The position numbers and the translations under genes are program-made. From an uncultured delta proteobacterium (GTDB lineage Bacteria; Myxococcota; Myxococcia; Myxococcales; Myxococcaceae): a stretch of 64,000 nucleotides of DNA. The DNA is taken from assembly GCA_963776345.1 (NCBI GenBank), contig CAVZMH010000015.1, positions 416,001 through 480,000 on the forward strand, given 5' to 3'. Shown piece after piece: positions 11,056 to 20,555 of the stretch. Within the stretch, counting starts at the first letter, position 1. Each line of letters opens with the position of its first letter. Under the pieces are notes generated by a model, which saw nothing but the letters and a program-made list of their open reading frames with translations, did not search any database and was not told where the DNA came from.

Positions 11056-11907
11056 CTAGAGATGCTCTGAGATCCAGCGAGAGGTTGCCGCGTACACCTC
11101 CTCCTTGCCGATCTCGTTGAAGATCTCGTGTCGCATGGACGGCCACTCCCGGAGCCGCTTGTCGGAGATGGTCAGCGTCTCGAACCAGCGGCGCGACACC
11201 GGCGCGGACGCGACGCGATCCTCTCCGGGCAGCATCAGCAGCACTGGAATCCGGAGCCGGGCCCCGGCGCCCAGCACCTCGCGCTGCATCCGGGTGTGCT
11301 CGGTGTACCAGCGTGGGGTCGCCTTGCGGCCGTAGAGCGGGTCCTCGTCCGTGGCCCGCTGCCAGGCCGGATCCCGGCTCAGGTCGGCCGAGGCGATACC
11401 GGTGGGGATGGGGAGCGAGGGGGAGAGGCGCGAGAGCAGCACCGCGGGCGCCGTCTTCCACGCCGGCGGGGCGACGGCCAGGCCGAGGTAGGGCGCGGAG
11501 AGGACCAGCCCGCGCAGATCGAACGTCCGCGGAGCATCGGCGCCCCGACCCAGCAGCCAGCTCAGCGCGATGAGGCCGCCGTGGCTGTGCGCCACGATGA
11601 AGAGCGGCAGACCCGCGGCGAGCGGGTGGACCGACCGGACGAAGGCCTCGAGCTCGTCGGTGTACTCGCCGAAGGTGCCGACCCCGCCGCGTGGCCCGTC
11701 GCTGCGGCCGTGCCCGCGGGTGTCGTAGGCGTGCACCGCGAAGTGCTCGGCGAGCATCGCGTCACGGAACGTGCGGTATCGGCCCAGGTGGTCGCCGTAG
11801 CCGTGCACCAGGACGAGGTGCGCCCGGGCGCCATCGGGGACGTCGCGCTCGAACCACAGGCGCGTCCCGTCCGGCGCCGAGAGGTGACCTTCCTGGTGGT
11901 GGTTCAT
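11056..11907 (-). CDS. Alpha/beta hydrolase, lysophospholipase family (position of M. xanthus agmH)
   Basis: VHGYGDH, RGHGRS, AHSHGG nucleophile motif, ED, RHEIFNE. Confidence 0.88.
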   Translation of the reverse strand: MNHHQEGHLSAPDGTRLWFERDVPDGARAHLVLVHGYGDHLGRYRTFRDAMLAEHFAVHAYDTRGHGRSDGPRGGVGTFGEYTDELEAFVRSVHPLAAGLPLFIVAHSHGGLIALSWLLGRGADAPRTFDLRGLVLSAPYLGLAVAPPAWKTAPAVLLSRLSPSLPIPTGIASADLSRDPAWQRATDEDPLYGRKATPRWYTEHTRMQREVLGAGARLRIPVLLMLPGEDRVASAPVSRRWFETLTISDKRLREWPSMRHEIFNEIGKEEVYAATSRWISEHL

Positions 11908-12091
11908 CGGGGACCGGCCCCCGGAGAAGCGAGGCGGGCGGAGCATGCCCGGCGCATCTGACGCGGGTCCACCCGAAGTCACATCGCTCGTGACAGTGAG
12001 GGCATGCGCCGAGCCGTCCCCGTCACGCCGGGGGGTGCTCCCCGCCCTCGCTCGAGGCCCGCCGGGACGGCGGCACTGCCCGCCGGGGGGC

Positions 12092-13918
12092 TCAGCGATC
12101 CGCGACCGGCGAGGTGAGCGCCTTCAGCTTCCGCTCCACCGCCGCGGTGCGCTCGCGGGCCTGCGGGTCGTCCGCGGTCCGGATCGCCTCCAGCGCCCGG
12201 CGGTACGCGCCCACCGCGTCGTCCCTCCGGCTCGCGCCGCCGTACGCATCCCCGAGGTGCTCGAGGATGGTGGGCTCGTCCGGCTCGAGCTCGGCCGCGC
12301 GCTCCAGTGTGCCTGCGGCGTGCGTCACGTCGCCCCGCCGGAACTGCACCCACCCCAGCGAGTCGAGGTAGGCGCCGCTGTCCGGCTGGATCGCGAGGGC
12401 GCGGCGCACCAGCCGCTCCGCCTCCTCGAGCTGCTCGCCATGGTCCGCCAGCGTGTAGCCGATGAAGTTCAGCGCCGCGGCGTTGCGTGGATTCACCTCC
12501 AGCAGCTGGCGCATCCGGGCCAGCGCCTCGCCCGTGGCGCCGCCGCGCTCGAGGACGGTCCCCAGCGCGTACAGGAGCTCCTCGTCGCGCGGGTGCGCCT
12601 GGAGCGCCTCGGTGAGGACCGAGACCGCCTCGGCGTGAGCCCCGGTGCGGGAGAAGATCTGCGCCAGTGCTGTCACCAGCCCGGTGCTGCCCGACGCCCG
12701 GATGCGCACTTCCAGGAATCGCTCGGCCCGGCCCGGAGCGCCGATGGCCTCGAGCACCGCGGCGTGTCCGGCCTCGAGCGCCACGTCGCCCGGAGCCTGC
12801 CGGAGCCCGTCGGCCGTGGCCTGCTCGGCGGCGGCCGGCTCCCCGGCGCGGGCCAGCGCGAGGCCCCGCTGCACCACCGCGTCCTTCCACCCCGGCGCGC
12901 CGGGAGGCACCTGGCCGTAGGCCCGGGCCGCGTCTGCCCAGCGGCCCACCTTCCCCTGCACCAGGCCCAGCGCGAGCAGCAGGCGCGGATCCTCGCTGCC
13001 CGAGCGCGCCTGCTCGAGGACCCGGACCGCGCGCGCCGGCTTCCCCGCCGACAGCCAGGTCAGGGCGATCCTGAGGGACTGCTCCGGGCCGCCATCCAGC
13101 GAGGCCAGCCGGTCCAGGTAGGCGCGCGCCCGCGGCTCCGAGCCCGACCTGAGCGCCAGCCGGCCGGCCCGCAGCAGCACCTCGCGCGAATCCGGATCGC
13201 GCTCCAGCGCCCGGCCGTACGCGGCCTCGGCGTCCGCGGAGCGGCCGAGCGACTCCAGCGCCTCGCCCAGCGCGCCCTGGGCCTCGGCGTCGCCCGGATC
13301 GATCTGCACCGTCTTCGCCAGGAGCGCACGCGCGGTCTCGGGCTCGCCACGGTCGAGCAGCGCCACGCCCAGCCGCTTGAGGCCGGTGGTGTCCCGGTTG
13401 AGGTCGGCGAGCGCCTGCACCGTGTGCACCGCCTCGTCGGGGTGGCCCGCCTCGAGCGCCATCTCCGCGAGGAGGAGGTACGGCTCCTGCTCGCGCGGGG
13501 CGAGCTTCCGGACCCGCTCCAGCACCTCGCGCGCTCGCTGTGGCCGGTCGGTCTCGAAGAGCAGCCGTCCGAGGAAGAGGAGCGCCGGGACATGGTCCGG
13601 CCGTCTCTCCAGCAGCCCCCGGGCGGTGGCCTCGGCGCGCGCCGGCGCCCCGGCCCGGGCCTGCGCCTCGGCGAGCGCGAGCAGCAGCTCGGCACGGCCA
13701 GGGTCCGAGGCCAGCGCGAGCCGGAGCTGCTCCACGCTGCGCGCCTGCTCCCCCTGGAGCGCCAGCAGCCGCGCGCGGAGGAAGTGGGCGTACGCCGAGG
13801 CCGACGAGTAGTCGTCGCTCGGCGCCTCCATCGCCTCCTTCATCGCCGACACGTCCACGCGGGGGTGCGCCGGCGAGGCGCCGAGGAGGACGAAGGCGGC
13901 GAGGACTGGAGCGACCAC
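12092..13918 (-). CDS. Exported TPR repeat protein
   Basis: Signal-like N-terminus, many TPRs incl. ALNFIGYTLAD and YLDSLGW; start approximate. Confidence 0.82.
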   Translation of the reverse strand: MVAPVLAAFVLLGASPAHPRVDVSAMKEAMEAPSDDYSSASAYAHFLRARLLALQGEQARSVEQLRLALASDPGRAELLLALAEAQARAGAPARAEATARGLLERRPDHVPALLFLGRLLFETDRPQRAREVLERVRKLAPREQEPYLLLAEMALEAGHPDEAVHTVQALADLNRDTTGLKRLGVALLDRGEPETARALLAKTVQIDPGDAEAQGALGEALESLGRSADAEAAYGRALERDPDSREVLLRAGRLALRSGSEPRARAYLDRLASLDGGPEQSLRIALTWLSAGKPARAVRVLEQARSGSEDPRLLLALGLVQGKVGRWADAARAYGQVPPGAPGWKDAVVQRGLALARAGEPAAAEQATADGLRQAPGDVALEAGHAAVLEAIGAPGRAERFLEVRIRASGSTGLVTALAQIFSRTGAHAEAVSVLTEALQAHPRDEELLYALGTVLERGGATGEALARMRQLLEVNPRNAAALNFIGYTLADHGEQLEEAERLVRRALAIQPDSGAYLDSLGWVQFRRGDVTHAAGTLERAAELEPDEPTILEHLGDAYGGASRRDDAVGAYRRALEAIRTADDPQARERTAAVERKLKALTSPVADR

Positions 13919-13988
13919 GGCAGGGTTCCCTGGGCAGGAGCCTAGCAGGGGGCCCTGGAGGGGTGCGCGGCACCCCGGGCCGGGAACG

Positions 13989-16160
13989 TCAGCGCTCCTT
14001 CCGGCCCTCGAGCAGGTGGTCCAGCACCGCCTCGGGGAGCTCCCGGCCCGGCACCTCGGCCACCTCCACCTGGCAACGGAGGCTGGTGGAGGCGCGGAGG
14101 TCGGACTCCACGCGAGCGAAGACCGCCATCGCCTGCTCCCTGGTGCACTCCGGGAGCAGCGCGGCGAAGGTCCCCTGCCCCAGGTGGGCGAGCACGTCCG
14201 GGTGGCGGAGGCGCTCGCGCATCCGGGCGGCGGCGGTCCGGAGCAGCTCCGGGTTGACCGCGTCGGTCCGGGCCACCGCGAGGGAGAGCGGCCGCCCGTA
14301 GCGCCGGGCGCGGGCCGCCTCCTGGGTGAGCCGGGCCACGAGCCCGCGCCGGTCGAGGAGCCCGGTCTCGGCGTCCGCCACCCCGACCGTGGGCGCATCC
14401 GAATCGCCGGGAGCCGCCGCGGGGCGGCGGTTGACCGACAGGGCGCGCTCGGCCCGCTGCAGCAGCTCGGAGGCGTGGAACGGCTTCGCCAGGTAGTCCA
14501 CCGCCCCGAGGTTCAGGGCCCGCACCCGGTCGGCGACTCCCACCTGCGCCGACACGAGGATGACCGGGATGTCGGCGGTGTCGCTCGAGGCCTTGAGCGA
14601 GATGACGGCGTCGAGCCCATCCAGGTGGGGCAGGAAGACGTCCATCACCACCAGATCCGGATGGAGCGCGTGCACCTTCGCCACGCCCTCGCGCCCGTCG
14701 CGGGCCACCTCCACCCGGTAGCGCTTTCGAAGGATGCCCTCCAGGACGGCGGCGATGTCCGGCTCGTCCTCGACGATGAGCACCCGGGGCTGCTCGCCGA
14801 CCACGGCCTGAAGCTTGGGGACGGCCTTCCGGTCCTCCTGGGCGAGCGGCAGGGTGAAGACGAAGGCGCATCCGCCCTCCGCGGGCCGCTCGGCCCAGAT
14901 CTCCCCACCGTGCAGCTCGACGAACTCCTTGCAGATGGCGAGGCCCAGGCCCGTCCCGCCCGGCCCGTGCCGGTAGCGGTCGAAGACCAGGTGCATCTGC
15001 TCTTCGGGCATGCCGGGCCCGTCGTCGTGGACGACCACCTTCACCACCGGACCGTCCGGGCGGTGCAGTACCTCGCCCTCGACCAGCACCGTGCCCTTCT
15101 TGGCTGCGTGCTCGAGCCCGTTGGTGATGAGGTTCTGGAGCACCTCGCGGAGCTTCAGCTCGTCGCCCATCACCGGCAGCCGCTCGGGGGCGTGGGCGCT
15201 GAGCGCCACCCCGCGCTCGGCGGCGAGGATCTCCAGCTCGAACGCGCAGTCGCGCGCCACGCGCCCCACGTCGAGCAGCTGCACGTCGAGCGCCACCCGC
15301 GCCTGCTCCCCCTTCCCCCGGTCGAGGAGCGACTCGACCATCTTCAGGATCTTCCGGGACTGCCGGACGATGGCCTCGGCGGAGGTCCGGAGGTCCCCGG
15401 GGAGGTTGGCGTCCTCCAGCATCCGGCCGTGGCCGAGCGTCACTTGCAGCGGAGCCCGGAGGTCATGGCTGATGATGGCGATCAGCTCGTCCTTGAAGCG
15501 GGCCATCTCGCGCAGCCGGCGGTTGGCCTCGCCCAGCTCGCGGTAACGCTCCACGTAGGCCAGCTCGAGGTCGTCGCGCTTCTTCTGGACCGAGGCGTGC
15601 AGCTTGGCGTTGCGGACCGAGTTGGCCAGCGCCGCGGCCACCGCCTTGGCGAACTCCTGCTCCTCGGGCCCGAAGGCCCCTCGCTTCCTCGACAGGCGGA
15701 GGAACAGCGCCCCCACCAGGTCATCCTGGCTGATGAGCGGCTGGACCAGGATGCTCGCCACCCCGAGGGGGGCGATGGCCGGCATCACGTCCGCCATCAG
15801 CGGGTCCTCGAGCGCGTCCTCGATGTAGGTCGCCTCGCGGGTCTGGAGCGAGCGGCGGAGCTCCGGGTACTTGGAGAGGTCGATTGTGATGGGGCGGTAG
15901 TCGTCCCGCTCGCGGGTCGCCATCACCACGGCCTCGGTGGAGCTCGGCGAATCCACCAGGACGACCGAGCAGCGGTCGGTGGGGAGCACCTGGCTCACCT
16001 TCTCCACCGCAATCTTGAGGATTCTCTCCAGCTCCAGGGACGAGGTGGCCGCCTGGGTGATGTCCAGGAGCATCGCCATGCGCGCGGCGATGCGCCCTTC
16101 ACGGTCGCCTGCCGCCTCCGGCGGGCGCACCAGCGCCGACGTGGAACTCTCCCCGCTCAT
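13989..16160 (-). CDS. sgmT: Hybrid histidine kinase GAF-HisKA-HATPase-REC-degenerate GGDEF (SgmT-like)
   Basis: GAF; H-box SHDLRAPL; NLITNG, DDGPG, GTGLGL; REC (VEDE, MDV, KPF); GGDEF replaced by GQGTF with I-site RHPD; synteny. Confidence 0.85.
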   Translation of the reverse strand: MSGESSTSALVRPPEAAGDREGRIAARMAMLLDITQAATSSLELERILKIAVEKVSQVLPTDRCSVVLVDSPSSTEAVVMATRERDDYRPITIDLSKYPELRRSLQTREATYIEDALEDPLMADVMPAIAPLGVASILVQPLISQDDLVGALFLRLSRKRGAFGPEEQEFAKAVAAALANSVRNAKLHASVQKKRDDLELAYVERYRELGEANRRLREMARFKDELIAIISHDLRAPLQVTLGHGRMLEDANLPGDLRTSAEAIVRQSRKILKMVESLLDRGKGEQARVALDVQLLDVGRVARDCAFELEILAAERGVALSAHAPERLPVMGDELKLREVLQNLITNGLEHAAKKGTVLVEGEVLHRPDGPVVKVVVHDDGPGMPEEQMHLVFDRYRHGPGGTGLGLAICKEFVELHGGEIWAERPAEGGCAFVFTLPLAQEDRKAVPKLQAVVGEQPRVLIVEDEPDIAAVLEGILRKRYRVEVARDGREGVAKVHALHPDLVVMDVFLPHLDGLDAVISLKASSDTADIPVILVSAQVGVADRVRALNLGAVDYLAKPFHASELLQRAERALSVNRRPAAAPGDSDAPTVGVADAETGLLDRRGLVARLTQEAARARRYGRPLSLAVARTDAVNPELLRTAAARMRERLRHPDVLAHLGQGTFAALLPECTREQAMAVFARVESDLRASTSLRCQVEVAEVPGRELPEAVLDHLLEGRKER

Positions 16161-16248
16161 CCGCGCTCCAATTTTCCTAGATTTTCCAGGGACTGGCCAG
16201 CGCCCCCGTCAAGGAGTCGGCATCGACCCCATTCGGCGGTCGGGGGTG

Positions 16249-16995
16249 TCACGGACGGCGTGCCACCAGGAGGACCTCGCGGTTCCCGGCAGGCCCATGG
16301 ACGGGAGAATCCATCGTCCCCACGGGGGTGAGGCCAAGCTGCTCCAGGCACGCCCTGACCCGCGCCACCGCCTCCGCCCGCACTGCGTCATCCCGCACCA
16401 CCCCACCCTTGCCAACCTGGTCCCGCCCCGCCTCGAACTGTGGCTTCACCAGCGCGACCGCCACCCCGCCCGGGCGAAGAAGCCGGACCGTCGCCGGCAG
16501 GACCTGGGTGAGCGAGATGAAGCTCACGTCGAGGACCAGAACCGAGACCGGCTCGGGCAGCTCCGACGGGCCCAGGTGCCGAGCATTCACCCCCTCCCGG
16601 AGCACCACCCGGGGGTCGCTCCGCAGCCGGGCGTGCAGCTGACCGCGCCCGACGTCGAGCGCGTACACCCTGGCCGCGCCGGCCTGGAGCAGGCAGTCGG
16701 TGAACCCGCCGGTGCTCGCCCCGATGTCGGCGCAGACGGCGCCCCGGACGTCGAGCTGGAAGTGGCGCAGCGCGGCCTCGAGCTTCAGCCCGCCGCGGGA
16801 CACGTAGGGCATCGGCTCGCCCTTGAGCCGCACCGCGGCCTCCACCGGGACGCGGGTGCCGGACTTGTCCACCCGCTGGTCGTCGACCACCACCTGGCCG
16901 GCGAGCACCAGCGCCTGGGCCTTCGCGCGAGTGGGCGCGAGCCCGAGCTCGACCAGCAGGACGTCCAGCCGCTCCTTCTTCAGGCGCTCGCTCAC
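16249..16995 (-). CDS. tlyA: TlyA family rRNA 2'-O-methyltransferase
   Basis: S4 domain KERLDVLL; YVSRGGLKL, DIGASTGGFTD, DVSFIS, KPQFE, GNRE. Confidence 0.95.
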   Translation of the reverse strand: MSERLKKERLDVLLVELGLAPTRAKAQALVLAGQVVVDDQRVDKSGTRVPVEAAVRLKGEPMPYVSRGGLKLEAALRHFQLDVRGAVCADIGASTGGFTDCLLQAGAARVYALDVGRGQLHARLRSDPRVVLREGVNARHLGPSELPEPVSVLVLDVSFISLTQVLPATVRLLRPGGVAVALVKPQFEAGRDQVGKGGVVRDDAVRAEAVARVRACLEQLGLTPVGTMDSPVHGPAGNREVLLVARRP

Positions 16996-17197
16996 GGCAA
17001 GGGGATGTTCGCTGTCGCGGGCCTGGAAGTCTCGGCCGAATGCGCTCGCGAGACAGCGCGAGGGGCCGCCCCGAGAGGAAGCCCGGGCTCCGGATGCGTG
17101 GTCGCGGCGACGTTCTCGACGCTGGCCTCGATGTCGAGCCCTGGCGGGCTGCAACGGTCCGGGCGGCGCGGGGAGCGTTCGCCTACCGAACCTCTTG

Positions 17198-17274
17198 GGG
17201 GGTCAACTGGACAGGAAACGCACCTGACGATTTCTGGGAAATAGACAGGTGACTTACCTGAATAGTCAGACCCC
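17198..17274. repeat. 77-bp imperfect inverted repeat (two 38-bp arms) flanked by TCTTG direct repeats
   Basis: Ungapped dyad centred on 17236: ACT/AGT, CAGG/CCTG, CACCTG/CAGGTG, ATTTC/GAAAT, terminal GGGG/CCCC; TCTTG at 17193-17197 and 17275-17279. Confidence 0.7.
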
Positions 17275-17484
17275 TCTTGTTGATGCCGCTGGACGCGGAT
17301 GGCGTCGCCTGCGCCGGGCCGGGCCGGCTCCGCGCCCAACCTGAGGGTTCGAGATCGCGGAGGCCGTGCTGGACCGCCCCCGAGCCAGCCCACCGTTCCC
17401 CTCCTTCCTCGGGGCGACCGGGGCGAGTCGCGTCGGTCCCCTCCATTCCAGGGCGCAGGCTGAGCCTGCCTCGCCCCTCCCGGG

Positions 17485-19261
17485 TCAGCCCCTCGGCCGC
17501 GCTGGGCTGGCTCCGACCGGAGGCTGCGCGAGCACTCCCCGGACCGCCGCCGCGATGCCCTCGGCCGACAGGCCGATCGCCCGCCGCTGGGTCCGCGCAT
17601 CCCCGTGGGGCACCGGCGCGTCGGGGAGCCCGAGCGTCCGCACGCGCAGCAGGAGCCCGCGCGTCGCGGCCAGCTCGAGGACCGCGCTCCCGAGCCCCCC
17701 GTGCAGGGTCCCCTCCTCCACCGTGACCACGTGCCCCGTGGCGCAGGCCTCCAGCACTCGCGCGGCGTCCAGCGGGAGGACGCGCGCATCGAGCACCGCG
17801 GTCGGGATCTCGAGCGCCTCGGCGGCCTCCAGCGCGGCGAGCCCCAGCGGTCCGAGCGAGACGATCGCCGCGACGGCGCCCTCGGGCCGCCGCAGCCAGC
17901 GCGCGCCGGCGACCGGTCCGGACTCGACCTCGATCCGCGCCGGCGTGGTGGGCAGCGTTCCGCGCGGGAAGCGGAACGCCGCGGGGCCGGGACCCGCGAG
18001 CGCCGTCTCCAGCACCGGGTCCACGTCCTCGCCAACGGTGGGGGCGTACAGCCGCAGGCCGGGCAACGGCCGGAGCAGGGCCAGGTCGTACGTCCCCTGG
18101 TGCGTCGCCCCGTCGGCGCCCACCAGCCCCGCCCGGTCGACGGCGAAGGTGACCGGCAGCCCGGGCAGCACCACGTCGTGGATGAGCTGGTCCACCGCGC
18201 GCTGGAGGAAGGTGCTGTAGATGCAGACCACCGGCCGCAGCCCGCGGGCGGCGAGCCCCGCGGCGAGCGTCACCGCGTGCTGCTCGGCGATGCCCGCGTC
18301 GTGCACCCTGGACCCGAAGCGCGCCGCGAGCCCGGTCAGCGAGGAGCCCTCGAGCATCGCCGGGGTCACCACCACCACCCGCCCGTCGCGCTCCATCGCC
18401 CGGCCGAGCGCCGCGGCCACCGCATCGGACCAGGTGGGCTGGCCGTGCCGGCTGCGGACCAGCTTGCCGTCGCGCATCTCGTACGGGCCCATGGCGTGGC
18501 CGCGGGTGGCGACGTCCGCCTCCGCCTCGGCGAGCCCGCGCCCCTTCTCCGTCCGCACGTGGACCACGACGGGCCGGCGGCTCCGGCGCGCCTCGACCAA
18601 GCGCCGCCGCGAGCTCGCCGAGCGCGTGCCCGTTCACCGGCCCGAGGTAGGTGAAGCCCAGCGCCTCGAAGAAGGCGCCGGCCCCGCCCCCGGCCAGCAT
18701 CCGCGGCACCGCCCCGACGTTCTCCGAGATGGACATCCCGTTGTCGTTCAGCACCACCACCAGGGGGAGCCCGCTCGCGCCGGCGTCGTTCAGCCCCTCG
18801 AAGGTGAGCCCGCCGGTGAGCGCGCCGTCCCCCACGATGGCCACCGCCCGGCCCCCTGCCCCGGTGTGCGCCCGGGCGAGCGCCATCCCCAGCGCCACGC
18901 TCACCGCGGTGCAGGCATGCCCGGCCGGGAAGGCGTCGAACGGGCTCTCGCGCGGGTCGAGGAACGGCGCCACCCCGGCCTCCTGCCGGAGGGTGTGCAT
19001 CCGCGGGCCGCGGCCGGTGAGGAGCTTGTGCGCGTACGCCTGGTGGCCCACGTCGAAGACCAGGTCGTCGTCGGGCGCGTGGAAGACGCGATGGAGCGCG
19101 ACGATGAGCTCCACTGCCCCCAGCGACGCGCCGAGGTGCCCGCCCACCCGGCCGCAGATGGAGATGATCTCCTGGCGCAGCTCGGCACAGAGGCGCGGGA
19201 GCTCGTCCTCGGGCAGCGCGCGCACGTCCCTCGGCGACAGGACGCGCCCGAGCAGGGTCAC
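17485..19261 (-). CDS. dxs: 1-deoxy-D-xylulose-5-phosphate synthase, split by a +1 frameshift near 18600 (probable sequencing indel)
   Basis: N-half GGHLGASLG, DVGHQAYAHK, GDGALTGG, NDN; C-half TEKGRG, GIAEQHAV, YSTFLQRA, DRAGLVGADGATH in the other frame. Confidence 0.9.
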
Positions 19262-20142
19262 GTGCTGCGCTCCACGCTGTAGCGGGCCAGCGCGGCCAGC
19301 GGGCCCGGTCTGGGCTCGAGCCCGCGCACCGCGGCCAGCGCCTCGTCCACCAGCGCCCGGGCACGCGCACGGGAGGCCTCGAGACCGAGCACCGCGGGGT
19401 AGGTGTGGCGCCCGGCAGCGGCGTCCGCACCGGTCGGCTTACCCATCGCCTCCGCCGAGGACGTCACGTCGAGCAGGTCGTCGGCGATCTGGAAGGCGAG
19501 CCCCACCGCGTCTCCGTAGCGTTCGGCCGCGGCCACCTGGTCGGGCGTGCCCCCCTCGGCGACGACGCCCAGCGTGCACGCCGCCCGGAGCAGCGCTCCG
19601 GTCTTCGCCCGGTGAAGCCGGGTCAGGTACGCCTCCTCGGCCGGGCGGTCCTCGGCGATGTCCAGCACCTGGCCGCCGACCATGCCCACCGCGCCGGCGG
19701 CCTGCGCGAGCCGCGACACCAGCTCCGCCCGCCGCGGCTCGGGCCCGGTGGCGAGCAGGGTGAAGGCCTCGGTGAGCAGCGCGTCGCCGGCGAGGATGGC
19801 CATCGCCTCGCCGAATACCTTGTGGCTGGTGGGCCGGCCGCGGCGGAGGTCGTCGTCGTCCATCGCCGGGAGGTCGTCGTGCACCAGGCTGTAGGTGTGG
19901 ACGTACTCGAGCGCGCAGGCCGCGTCCTCCGCCGCGGCGCCGGGCGCGCCGCCCCGGACCGCCTCGGCGAAGGCGAGGCAGAGCAGCGGGCGCAGCCGCT
20001 TCCCGCCGGCGAGCAGCGAGTACTCCATCGCCTCGACCAGCCGCCGGGGCGCGGCCTCCAGCCGCCGCAGCCGATCGGCGAGCAGCGACTCGACGCGCGC
20101 CCCGCGCGCCTGGAGCCATGCCTCGAGCTGGAAACCGCTCAT
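19258..20142 (-). CDS. ispA: Geranyltranstransferase / polyprenyl diphosphate synthase
   Basis: GGKRLRP, SLVHDDLPAMDDDDLRRG, GQ, KTG, FQIADDLLD. Confidence 0.93.
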   Translation of the reverse strand: MSGFQLEAWLQARGARVESLLADRLRRLEAAPRRLVEAMEYSLLAGGKRLRPLLCLAFAEAVRGGAPGAAAEDAACALEYVHTYSLVHDDLPAMDDDDLRRGRPTSHKVFGEAMAILAGDALLTEAFTLLATGPEPRRAELVSRLAQAAGAVGMVGGQVLDIAEDRPAEEAYLTRLHRAKTGALLRAACTLGVVAEGGTPDQVAAAERYGDAVGLAFQIADDLLDVTSSAEAMGKPTGADAAAGRHTYPAVLGLEASRARARALVDEALAAVRGLEPRPGPLAALARYSVERST

Positions 20143-20555
20143 GGCCGCAGCCCTCCCGACCGTCGCTCGACCAGCTCGCGCATCCGTCCGAGAAGCGCGT
20201 CGAGGTCGATGGGCTTGGTGAAGTAGCCGTCCGCGCCGGAGGCCAGCCCGGCCTCCACGTCCGCCCGGCCCTTCCGCGAGGAGACGAAGAGCACCGGCAG
20301 CTCGTGCAGCTGCTCGTTCCGCCGAAGCGCGCGGCAGAGCTCGAACCCGTCGATCCACGACATGTTGACGTCGAGCAGCAGGATGTCCGGCCGGTGCAGG
20401 TGGAGGCTGGAGATGAGCTTCACCCCGTTGGCGGCCTGGGAGACGTCGTAACCCTCGATCTCCAGGGCCATCGCCAGCATCTCCCGGGTGTCGCGATCGT
20501 CGTCGACGATGATCGCCGAGCGGCGAGGAGAGCCGTCAGAACGGGATGTCGTCAT
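20139..20555 (-). CDS. Single-domain response regulator
   Basis: IVDDD, LLDVNM, DGFEL, VSS, TKP. Confidence 0.9.
   Translation of the reverse strand: MTTSRSDGSPRRSAIIVDDDRDTREMLAMALEIEGYDVSQAANGVKLISSLHLHRPDILLLDVNMSWIDGFELCRALRRNEQLHELPVLFVSSRKGRADVEAGLASGADGYFTKPIDLDALLGRMRELVERRSGGLRP

Noticed and set aside
11978..11994. GTCAC-N7-GTGAC palindrome upstream of the lysophospholipase
   Set aside because: Short, single, and inverted relative to CRP-type sites; cannot be distinguished from chance
17198..17274. Retron msr-msd interpretation of the long hairpin
   Set aside because: No reverse transcriptase in the window and no recognisable a1/a2 arrangement
18590..18610. Programmed +1 frameshift at CTT in dxs
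   Set aside because: No prfB-like CTT-TGA or upstream SD, and similar +1 indels occur in unrelated genes
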